A DNA stretch of 34,181 bases from a virus (lineage: Duplodnaviria; Caudoviricetes), in IMG/VR virus record IMGVR_UViG_3300008264_000009, positions 1 through 34,181 of that record, one strand, 5' to 3'. Below, one piece after another: positions 24,113 to 31,706 of this stretch. Every line of letters starts with the position of its first letter. The first letter of the stretch is position 1. The position numbers and the translations under genes were made by a program. The notes below the pieces were generated by a model. It did no database searches. It was not told the DNA's origin and worked only from the letters and a program-made list of their open reading frames with translations.

Positions 24113-24846
24113 TTCATTATCATGGTATGCCAATAACTCCTGCCACAGCCGCCGCCAAAGCCGTTGATGCTGGTCATTCGTTTGTGTCGTTTGCCCATCC
24201 TGACCAACTTTCTATTGCAATTGAACTTTGTCAGTCGTTTGCAATTGATAATGGTGCGTTCTCAGCTTGGAAAAGTGGGAATCCAGTAAAAGATTGGGAT
24301 GCTTTTTACGATTGGGCGCTTAATCTTAAAAAAGTACCATCCTGCGACTTTGCGGTGATTCCTGATGTGATTGACGGAACAGAAGCAGACAATGATGCTT
24401 TGCTTAAAGATTGCCCACTTCCTGAATGGTTTGGCGCACCTGTCTGGCATATGCACGAAAGTTTAGAGCGCTTAGAGCAGTTGGCGAACACTTATGTCAG
24501 GGTTTGCATTGGCAGTTCTGGTGAGTTTGCAACAGTCGGAAGCCAGGCGTGGTGGTCAAGAATAGGGCAAGCCATGAGGATTTTGTGCGATGAGATGGGT
24601 AGACCAATGTGCAAACTTCATGGTTTGAGGATGCTTGACCCTGCTATTTTTACTAAATTGCCATTTGCATCTGCTGACAGCACAAATATTGGTCGAAACA
24701 TAGGAATAGATAACAATTGGAAGGTTGGCAACTATTTGCCGCCAACAAAAGAAATGAGGGCTGCCGTAATGCGCTCAAGAATTGAATCTCACAATGCCCC
24801 TGCTGTTTGGGGTTTCCATCAAGTTGAACAAGGACTTTTACTGTGA
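24109..24846 (+). CDS. TGT/DpdA-fold base-exchange transglycosylase-like protein
   Basis: TIM-barrel motifs in TGT order: 'DNGAFS' (cf. DSGG/AF), 'PDVI', 'PVWH', 'CIGS', 'LHGL' and 'SADST' (nucleophile Asp position). Confidence 0.75.
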   Translation: MIHYHGMPITPATAAAKAVDAGHSFVSFAHPDQLSIAIELCQSFAIDNGAFSAWKSGNPVKDWDAFYDWALNLKKVPSCDFAVIPDVIDGTEADNDALLKDCPLPEWFGAPVWHMHESLERLEQLANTYVRVCIGSSGEFATVGSQAWWSRIGQAMRILCDEMGRPMCKLHGLRMLDPAIFTKLPFASADSTNIGRNIGIDNNWKVGNYLPPTKEMRAAVMRSRIESHNAPAVWGFHQVEQGLLL

Positions 24847-25310
24847 TTTATCCAATTATTTACATTTTTGCATTGGTGGCTGCTAACCTTTTGGTTGCCA
24901 CGATTGGCCCGTGGTTTAGCGTAGTAAATTCTTTTGTTTTGATTGGTTTAGACCTGACGCTTAGAGACAAACTACACGACAAATGGAATGGAAATCCAAT
25001 AAAGATTGGTGGATTGATTGTGATTGCTGGCGCTGTCAGCTACTTGTTAAATCCTGCGTCTGGTCAGATTGCAATTGCTAGTGTGGTTGCTTTTACTTTG
25101 TCAATGGTTGCTGATTCCTTTGTTTACCAAAAACTAAAAGAAAAATCTTGGGAAAAACGCACAACAGGCTCAAACTTGGCTGGAGCTGCTGTGGATTCTT
25201 TGACTTTCCCGACAATCGCTTTTGGTGGTCTGATGCCTGAAATCGTTGCAATGCAATTTGCGTCTAAAGTAATTGGCGGTTTTATTTGGTCTAAGTTGAT
25301 TAAAAAATGA
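24843..25310 (+). CDS. yhhQ: YhhQ/VUT-family preQ0/preQ1 transporter-like membrane protein
   Basis: Polytopic; 'LVAAN', 'LRD.LH', 'IAIAS..AF..S...D..VY..L', 'R...SN..GA.VDS..F..IAF' and 'K' motifs of Vut_1. Confidence 0.85.
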   Translation: MIYPIIYIFALVAANLLVATIGPWFSVVNSFVLIGLDLTLRDKLHDKWNGNPIKIGGLIVIAGAVSYLLNPASGQIAIASVVAFTLSMVADSFVYQKLKEKSWEKRTTGSNLAGAAVDSLTFPTIAFGGLMPEIVAMQFASKVIGGFIWSKLIKK

Positions 25311-25618
25311 TACCTAAGTTCAAATATTTCCGTTCAAAGAAGCATTTAAAGAATGTTGCGTCTTTGGCCTGTCAGCATTGCGGACTAGAAGGCTCAACCC
25401 AAGCGGCTCACTCTAATCGTCTGATACATGGTAAAGGCCGAGGCGTGAAGGCAAGCGATGAGTACACAGCGGCTTTGTGTATCCGATGCCACTTTATCCT
25501 TGACCAAGGTTCAAAACTCACAAAAGAGGAACGGATAGATATGTGGGAAAAAGCCCACAGAAAGACGATTGAGAGATTGATAGAGCTTGATTTGTGGCCT
25601 GATGAGGTTAAAATTTAA
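25307..25618 (+). CDS. DUF968/DUF1364-like Zn-binding putative nuclease
   Basis: 'RSKKHL..V..L.CQHCG', 'AAH', 'GKG.G.K..D' and 'ALC.RCH...D' motifs. Confidence 0.75.
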   Translation: MIPKFKYFRSKKHLKNVASLACQHCGLEGSTQAAHSNRLIHGKGRGVKASDEYTAALCIRCHFILDQGSKLTKEERIDMWEKAHRKTIERLIELDLWPDEVKI

Positions 25619-25646
25619 GCGTTGAAACGACTATGTTGTAGAAACA

Positions 25647-25809
25647 GTTGGTGGGTAGTTGGCGCTACCCCCAACACGCATGGGGATTGGGAATTAGGCA
25701 GAGACACGAGTTGAATCGTGACTTTGACGCATCTCACCAGAGGATGTTTGCCGAATATTCTGGTTTTACAGTCCTTATCCGTGTTGGGAATCTGAGCAGT
25801 TGCCAACAT
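25647..25809 (+). ncRNA. candidate multi-stem structured RNA at middle/late boundary
   Basis: 20-bp stem 25670-89/25769-88 (19 pairs, 3 of them G-U) encloses a three-way junction; competing flanking hairpins on both sides. Confidence 0.65.
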
Positions 25810-25811
25810 TT

Positions 25812-25839
25812 AGGCGGTTTACGGACTGCCTCTTTTTTT
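25812..25839 (+). terminator. intrinsic terminator
   Basis: AGGCGGTT-TACG-GACTGCCT hairpin followed by C and T7. Confidence 0.85.
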
Positions 25840-25846
25840 GTAGAAT
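25818..25846 (+). promoter_or_regulatory. candidate promoter overlapping the terminator
   Basis: TTTACG (25818-23), 17 nt, TAGAAT (25841-46); 24 nt before the first late ATG. Confidence 0.55.
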
Positions 25847-25870
25847 GGGATAAAACCCTGAAAGGCTTAT

Positions 25871-26299
25871 ATGGCTGGACTCTTGGCCCCTGCTGCCGAA
25901 ATTAAAATTGAGATTGAAGAAATCGAGGCAGAAAAGCCCGTTATCGAAGGTCTGACTACCGAATCAAACGCAAAAACCCGTGACACATTGGTTGAGACAC
26001 AGATGCTCGGCCCTGTCAAGGTTGACGCTCCAAACTCAGAGTTCTGGCGTGGTTTGGCGAATGTATGGCGCATTTCCCCTGACCAAGCAAAGCGCCGCCT
26101 GTGCGCTAACTGCGAGTATTTCGATGACCAACCAGACACTTTAGAGGCGATGGAAGTCGTGCCTCAAGACGAGTTTGATGCTGATGGTGGTGGTCGTGGT
26201 TACTGCCATAAATTTGAGTTCATTTGCCATAATCTACGAGTCTGCAAGGCTTGGGAAAAGGCTCCCGTTATGAAAGAGGCTGAATATGATGATGAGTAA
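25871..26299 (+). CDS. acidic Cys-rich protein, HiPIP-like motif
   Basis: 'LCANCEYF' ... 'GYCHKFEFICHNLRVCKAW'. Confidence 0.7.
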   Translation: MAGLLAPAAEIKIEIEEIEAEKPVIEGLTTESNAKTRDTLVETQMLGPVKVDAPNSEFWRGLANVWRISPDQAKRRLCANCEYFDDQPDTLEAMEVVPQDEFDADGGGRGYCHKFEFICHNLRVCKAWEKAPVMKEAEYDDE

Positions 26300-26468
26300 A
26301 TCTCAAAAGAAAATCGGCAAAGTCATGGGTGAATACAAATCTGGCAAACTGAAATCATCTTCAGGCCAGAAAGTAAGCAACCCAAAACAAGCTATTGCCA
26401 TCGCCATGTCAGAGGCTAAGATGCCGATGCGTGGTCAGCGCACAGCTAAGAACAAGGCTAAAAAATGA
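26286..26468 (+). CDS. small basic protein (DUF6496-like)
   Basis: 'KIGKVMGEYKSGKLKSSSG.KV..PKQAIAIAMSEA'. Confidence 0.8.
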   Translation: MMMSKSQKKIGKVMGEYKSGKLKSSSGQKVSNPKQAIAIAMSEAKMPMRGQRTAKNKAKK

Positions 26469-26620
26469 AGGGTCTCTATGCCAACATCGCTGCGAAGCGT
26501 GAGCGTATTGAGAAACAGAAAGCCGCAGGTAAGACACCTGAACGGATGAGAAAGCCTGGCACAAAGGGCGCTCCCACGGCTAAAGCCTTCAAAGAAGCTG
26601 CAAAAACCGCCAAAAAGTGA
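26465..26620 (+). CDS. 51-aa basic protein (absent from ORF track)
   Basis: MKGLYANIAAKRERIEKQKAAGKTPERMRKPGTKGAPTAKAFKEAAKTAKK*; ATGA/GTGA overlaps on both sides. Confidence 0.8.
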   Translation: MKGLYANIAAKRERIEKQKAAGKTPERMRKPGTKGAPTAKAFKEAAKTAKK

Positions 26621-27240
26621 TTTCTAAAAAACTTCACTTTGTCTGGATTGGTGACGAAACCAAGCGCCCAGACCATTGCATAAACACTTGGAAAACCCTC
26701 AATCCTGACTACGAGGTCAAGATTTGGGGGAACGATGCCCTCAGAGGGAATAAGTGGTTCAATGCCAAGCACATTCAAGAAAGCCGAGAACTCTGCGGAG
26801 TGGCTGACTTGATGCGGTACGAAATCCTATATAACGAAGGTGGAATCACGCTAGACGCTGATTCTGTCTGCCTTTCTCCTTTAGAAGATTGGTTACTAAA
26901 GCCTGATGCTTTTGCCCATTGGGAGCAGGAAACCCGTAGACCTGGCCTAATAAATGTCAGCGTAATGGGGTCTGTTCCTGAAAATCCGTTCTTTGGTGAG
27001 TGTATTGAGCGCCTCAGAAAGAAAGAAACCCTAAAAGATAGGGCATGGATTGAGACAGGGCCGATGCACATAACTGAGGTCTATCACGAGACCGAATATC
27101 CCCTGACAATCTACCCTTCCCACTATTTCACCAGAGACCATTTTTCTGGTTACAGGTATGAGGGAAATGGGCATTGTTTCGCTACCCAATTTTGGGGTTC
27201 AACTAGAGGTTATGAAAGGCAAGAAGAATGGAAGATTTAA
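26617..27240 (+). CDS. glycosyltransferase, GT32/OCH1-like (Gly_transf_sug)
   Basis: 'KKLHFVWIG', 'W..LNPDYE..W', 'ADLMRYEILY.EGG..LDAD' and 'TGP' motifs. Confidence 0.88.
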   Translation: MISKKLHFVWIGDETKRPDHCINTWKTLNPDYEVKIWGNDALRGNKWFNAKHIQESRELCGVADLMRYEILYNEGGITLDADSVCLSPLEDWLLKPDAFAHWEQETRRPGLINVSVMGSVPENPFFGECIERLRKKETLKDRAWIETGPMHITEVYHETEYPLTIYPSHYFTRDHFSGYRYEGNGHCFATQFWGSTRGYERQEEWKI

Positions 27241-27860
27241 TTGAAAATCGTGATGGCTGGTGGTGGCCCAAGTCTGATGTTGAGGCTTGGAAGTGGATTC
27301 CTGTTGAGATGCAAGCTATCCCTGATTTGGTTAAATGGGTTCCGCACCGAGGTCTGGTGATTCACGCTGGTGGAAACTGTGGGGTTTGGTCAAAGATTTA
27401 CGCCGAACTTTTTTCCAAGGTGGTGACTTTTGAGCCTGACGATGTTAACTTTGAGTGCTTTAAGCGAAATGTCAGCAATGAGAATGTAGAGATTTACAAA
27501 GCTGGACTCTCTGACAAAGAGGGTTTTTGTAAGATGGTTGAGGGAGATGGCGGGGCTAATGCTGGTGCGCTCCAGATTGAGGAAACCCAAGAGGGTATCC
27601 CGATGATGACCATTGACAGCCTGAATCTAAGTCCTGACCTAATCCAGTTGGATGTGGAAGGCTTTGAGGAAAACGCACTCAGGGGGGCAAGAAATACGAT
27701 TATGCGTAGCCGCCCGATTATCATTATTGAGCAGAAGAAACTAGCCAAAAATGGCATGAATGACGCCGAAATCGCTATAATGATTCAACGAATGGGCTAC
27801 TTTTTCGCTGAGAGAGTGTGGTCTGATAATGTCTTTATCCCTGTTGAGAAACTAGCATGA
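27228..27860 (+). CDS. FkbM-family SAM methyltransferase
   Basis: 'HAGGNCG', 'TFEP...NF', 'TIDSL', 'LIQLDVEGFE..AL.GA..TI....P.IIIE'. Confidence 0.9.
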   Translation: MEDLIENRDGWWWPKSDVEAWKWIPVEMQAIPDLVKWVPHRGLVIHAGGNCGVWSKIYAELFSKVVTFEPDDVNFECFKRNVSNENVEIYKAGLSDKEGFCKMVEGDGGANAGALQIEETQEGIPMMTIDSLNLSPDLIQLDVEGFEENALRGARNTIMRSRPIIIIEQKKLAKNGMNDAEIAIMIQRMGYFFAERVWSDNVFIPVEKLA

Positions 27861-28126
27861 AGCGAGGAAACGAATCATTCTCTGGTTACAACAAACCCAA
27901 GAGAACACCTAATCACCCAACCAAGAGCCATGCGGTTCTTGCGAAGGAAGGTGAGACTGTTAGATTGATTCGATTTGGACAGCAAGGCGTGACAGGTAGC
28001 CCACCAAAGAAAGGCGAAAGCGAGGCTGATAAAGCCCGTAGAAAGTCTTTCAAGGCTAGACACGCCGACAACATCGCCAAGGGTAAGATGAGCGCAGCAT
28101 TTTGGGCAGATAAAGTTAAGTGGTAG
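27857..28126 (+). CDS. small basic phage protein
   Basis: 'GYNKPKRTP.HPTKSH.V', 'IRFGQQG' and 'RRKSFKARH......SAA.W....W'. Confidence 0.8.
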   Translation: MKRGNESFSGYNKPKRTPNHPTKSHAVLAKEGETVRLIRFGQQGVTGSPPKKGESEADKARRKSFKARHADNIAKGKMSAAFWADKVKW

Positions 28127-28129
28127 AAT
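28121..28129 (+). promoter_or_regulatory. candidate extended -10 promoter
   Basis: TG-G-TAGAAT at the start of the 39-nt gap before the ParB-MTase. Confidence 0.45.
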
Positions 28130-28165
28130 AAAGTTTTAAACCAACGAGCCGAGAGGAATTGGTAA

Positions 28166-29380
28166 ATGGATAGAAAACTAGTGTGGCGCAAAGTCACAGA
28201 TTTGATTCCTTACGCAAGGAATTCACGCACACATTCTGACGAACAAGTTGCTCAGATAGCTGCAAGCATAAAAGAGTTTGGCTGGACTAACCCAATCCTT
28301 ACCGATGGGGATAATGGCATTATTGCTGGCCACGGAAGGTTAGCCGCTGCCAGAAAGTTAGGGCATGAAGAAGTCCCAACGATTGAGTTGGTCGGGCTGA
28401 CAGAAACCCAAAAGAAGGCTTACATCATTGCCGACAACCGCCTGGCGCTTAACGCAGGGTGGGACAATGAAATGCTCACGATTGAGTTGAACGACCTGAT
28501 GGCAGACGGGTTTGCTTTAGAAATCCTTGGATTTGACCCAAAAGAGCTAAACGCCCTGCTTGAGCCTGAAGTGGTGGAAGGCTTGACCGATGAGGATGCC
28601 GTTCCTGATGTTCCTGAAGAACCAAAGACCAAATTGGGGGATATTTACCAACTTGGTAACCACCGCCTGATGTGCGGAGACTCCACAAGCATTGACGCTA
28701 TTGACAAGCTAATGAAAGGCCAAAAGGCCGATTTAGTTTTAACAGACCCACCATATTCAATTGAAACTCAGGGCGGGTTCAAAGGTGAAATAGGCAAAAG
28801 TCTAAGAAAACAAGCAAGTTCAATAGAGTTTATTGCTAATTTTGAGCCAGCAGAGTTCTTAAACACTTTGCCATTAGTGTTTCAATCAAACAAATTCAAC
28901 GCCTATATTTTTTGCAATAAAGATTTGTTGCCAGATTATTTGGTATGGGCAAGAGACAACAAAATATCGTTCAATGTGTTAATTTGGAAAAAGCCCAATG
29001 CCATTCCAATTGGTGACAGTCATAGGCCAGACATTGAATATTTGTTGTTGTTTAGAAAGTCAGCAATCTGGAACAATGGCATAAAAGGCGTAAATTATTC
29101 AAGATGCTTGGAATATGGTCGAGAAAAAGGCTTGCATCCAACAATGAAGCCAGTTGCATTGCTTGAGAATGAAATTTATATTTCCTCAAACACACAAAGC
29201 ATTGTTCTTGATTTCTTTGGTGGAAGTGGCAGCACACTTATTGCTTGCGAGAAAACAAACCGCCATGCTAGACTGATTGAATTAGACCCCAAATACTGCG
29301 ATGTAATCGTCAAGCGTTGGGAAGATTTCACGGGTAAAAAAGCCGAATTGATTACATTTTCGGAGTTAGAAAATGCCTAA
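28166..29380 (+). CDS. ParB-like N-domain fused to N6A/N4C DNA methyltransferase (beta class)
   Basis: 'LIPYARNSRTH', 'IIAGHGRL.AA' and 'ADNRL'; 'TDPPY', 'HPTMKP', 'LDFFGGSGSTLIA' and 'ELDPKY'. Confidence 0.93.
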   Translation: MDRKLVWRKVTDLIPYARNSRTHSDEQVAQIAASIKEFGWTNPILTDGDNGIIAGHGRLAAARKLGHEEVPTIELVGLTETQKKAYIIADNRLALNAGWDNEMLTIELNDLMADGFALEILGFDPKELNALLEPEVVEGLTDEDAVPDVPEEPKTKLGDIYQLGNHRLMCGDSTSIDAIDKLMKGQKADLVLTDPPYSIETQGGFKGEIGKSLRKQASSIEFIANFEPAEFLNTLPLVFQSNKFNAYIFCNKDLLPDYLVWARDNKISFNVLIWKKPNAIPIGDSHRPDIEYLLLFRKSAIWNNGIKGVNYSRCLEYGREKGLHPTMKPVALLENEIYISSNTQSIVLDFFGGSGSTLIACEKTNRHARLIELDPKYCDVIVKRWEDFTGKKAELITFSELENA

Positions 29381-29708
29381 AAAGATGGGGAGACCAGCCC
29401 ATAAGGTCACAGATGCCAACAAAGTGCTATGCCGAACACTCTCGGCAGTTGGAATCCCGCACGAAGATATAGCCATGAAGATAGGGATTAGCGCAGACAC
29501 CTTGGTTAAGCACTACAAAGAGGACTTAGACAACGGCAGGATTGACGCTAACGCCAGCATTGGGCAAACGCTATTCCAACAGGCTAAGAACGGGAACACC
29601 GCAGCGGCAATCTTTTGGTTAAAGACTCGGGCAAGGTGGAAAGAAACCCAAACCCATGAGATTACTGGCGCTGAAGGTGGGGCGATTAAAGTCCAATGGG
29701 CACAATAA
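29373..29708 (+). CDS. terminase small subunit (HTH)
   Basis: 'GRP', HTH 'EDIAMKIGISADTLVKHY' and 'GN..AAIFWLKTR..W'; immediately precedes TerL. Confidence 0.8.
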   Translation: MPKKMGRPAHKVTDANKVLCRTLSAVGIPHEDIAMKIGISADTLVKHYKEDLDNGRIDANASIGQTLFQQAKNGNTAAAIFWLKTRARWKETQTHEITGAEGGAIKVQWAQ

Positions 29709-30950
29709 CCATCCCGTATGCGCCTCGGGAACACCAGTTAAAGGTGCATGAATTACTGGAAAAACAGCGATTTTCGGTCGTTGTGGCTCATAGACGCTTT
29801 GGTAAAACTGTTGCGGCTTTGAACCACATCATTAAATCGGCTATCCTGAACGAAAAGGAAAACCCTAGATATGCTTATATTGCCCCAACCTACGGACAAG
29901 CCAAGCGGGTTGCTTGGGATTATCTTCTCAAATACACAATCCCACTCGGAGCAACCCCAAACATTGCTGAACTACGGATTGACTTCTGGGGAAGGCGAAT
30001 CCAACTCTACGGCTCAGACAATCCAGACAGCTTGCGAGGTCAATACTTTGACGGGTGTTGCCTAGACGAGATTGGCGACCAAAACCCCGTAATCTGGACA
30101 GATATTATCCGACCCGCCTTGTCTGACCGCATGGGGTGGTGTTTGTTTATCGGAACACCGAAGGGACACAATCATTTCAAAGACCTGAGAGACAGGGCAG
30201 AAACAGAGGATGGTTGGGGACTTCTGGAGTTCAAGGCTAGTCAAACAGGCGTGATTGCCCAGACAGAATTAGACGCTGCCAAGTCCGAGATGGGAGAAGA
30301 TAAGTATCTCCAAGAGTTTGAGTGTTCGTTTAACGCCGCCGTAGAGGGGTCTTATTACGGACAGATACTGAACGACCTAGAGACAAAGAATCACATTCAG
30401 GAAATCCCAAGGGATGACCTGTGCCGTACGATTACCGCATGGGATTTGGGTATGGGACTCAACGGCTATCTGGGTGGCGCAAATAGCTGGTTCAGAGATT
30501 CGATTAGTTGACTACTACGAAAACAACGGGGTTGGTCTGGATAAATATGTTTCTTGGTTGCGGGATAACAATTGGGCGAGTGCCGAGCATATCCTTCCCC
30601 ATGATGTGCAGGTCAGGGAATTAGGGTCTGGAAAGAGCCGTTTAGAGGTTCTTCAGGAAGCAGGGTTAAATGTCCGCATCGCCTCAAGGATGAGCGTAGA
30701 TGACGGGATTCAGGCTGTTCGCCGCCTTCTACCGAGGTGTTGGTTCAATGTCCCTGCTGTGAAACAAGGACTTGACTGCCTGAGAAACTACCGCCGAGAG
30801 TTTGACGAAAAGAGAAAAGTCTTTTACGACCGACCTTTGCACGATTGGTCAAGCCACGGCTCTGATGCTTTCCGCTATCTTGCGATTGGACTCGATGAGG
30901 GTTCTTCATGGGGTAAATCTATCAACCAACCACCGAAATGGGTAATCTGA
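29696..30950 (+). CDS. terminase large subunit, interrupted by a frameshift at about 30455
   Basis: Walker A 'HRRFGKT', Walker B 'CCLDE', 'GTPKG' and 'QEFECSF' in frame 1; nuclease domain 'DSTAIW', 'LPHD' and 'SHGSDAFRY' in the next frame. Confidence 0.92.
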
Positions 30951-31144
30951 TGTATTTCTTAAAACAAGGCGATATTGCTGACGCAAAGAAAATAGCCCGA
31001 ATGGAGCAAACCATTCTTGAGCTTGAAAAGCGGATTGAAATGCTTGAAAATGTGGCGAAACCGCTACAATCGGAGCAACGCCCACGGATGGGCAGACCGC
31101 CAAAGGTCAGGGATGAACAAACCACGGAATCGCAAACAAGCTAA
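30950..31144 (+). CDS. small coiled-coil protein
   Basis: TGATG coupling; 'LEKRIEMLE' coil and AT-hook-like 'MGRPPK'. Confidence 0.7.
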   Translation: MYFLKQGDIADAKKIARMEQTILELEKRIEMLENVAKPLQSEQRPRMGRPPKVRDEQTTESQTS

Positions 31145-31706
31145 GCTGCTAGGTTTACAGACTTACTTTACTGGTAAGCCGTGTAAGCGTGGCGGTTTAG
31201 CCGAGCGCAGATTAAATGGTGATTGTTTGTGTGATGCTTGTTTGACTTTTACAAAACTTCTCAAAAGAGATTGGGCTGTTTCAAATAGGCAAAAAAACCA
31301 AGATTGGCGTGATGCAAATCCTGAAAAGATGAAAGCATACAAAGATGCTTGGTCTTTAAGAAACAAAGAAAAAGCAGCCGAAAACATAAAAAAATGGAAG
31401 GCTGCTAACAAACACAAATTGCTTGCTTCTTTTCATAAACGAAGGGCAACAAAAATTAACGCCACTCCAGCTTGGTATGGTGAGCTTGATGCCTTTGTGA
31501 TGCACGAGGCTTATAGGCTTGCACGACTTAGAGAATCAATAACTGGATTAAAATGGCACATAGACCACATGATTCCGTTACAAGCTAAGATAGCCAGCGG
31601 GTTTCATAGTGCTGACAACATACAAGTAATTCCTGAAGCCTTAAATGTAAGCAAGGCTAATAGGATGATGTATACGGAGCGAAACGAATGGCTACAACAC
31701 CTGTAA
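31113..31706 (+). CDS. HNH homing endonuclease
   Basis: 'YFTGKPCKRG' Zn module, 'ATPAW' and 'WHIDHMIPL......G.H...NIQVI....N..K.N'. Confidence 0.88.
   Translation: MNKPRNRKQAKLLGLQTYFTGKPCKRGGLAERRLNGDCLCDACLTFTKLLKRDWAVSNRQKNQDWRDANPEKMKAYKDAWSLRNKEKAAENIKKWKAANKHKLLASFHKRRATKINATPAWYGELDAFVMHEAYRLARLRESITGLKWHIDHMIPLQAKIASGFHSADNIQVIPEALNVSKANRMMYTERNEWLQHL

Noticed and set aside
25690-25770. tRNA or tRNA-like gene inside the long stem
   Set aside because: No T-loop GTTCRA, no D-loop pattern, and no 7-bp acceptor stem with CCA.
25648-25905. 85-aa ORF (and 64-aa minus-strand ORF) across the structured region
   Set aside because: No SD, crosses the terminator, and has no protein-like motifs; the base-pairing explains the sequence better.
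28166-28600. ParB as evidence of a plasmid-prophage partition system
   Set aside because: It is the N-domain of a common phage ParB-MTase fusion beside terminase; no ParA or parS array was seen.
31017-31706. Group I intron housing the HNH
   Set aside because: Flanking genes are complete and overlap the HNH directly, leaving no room for intron core elements.
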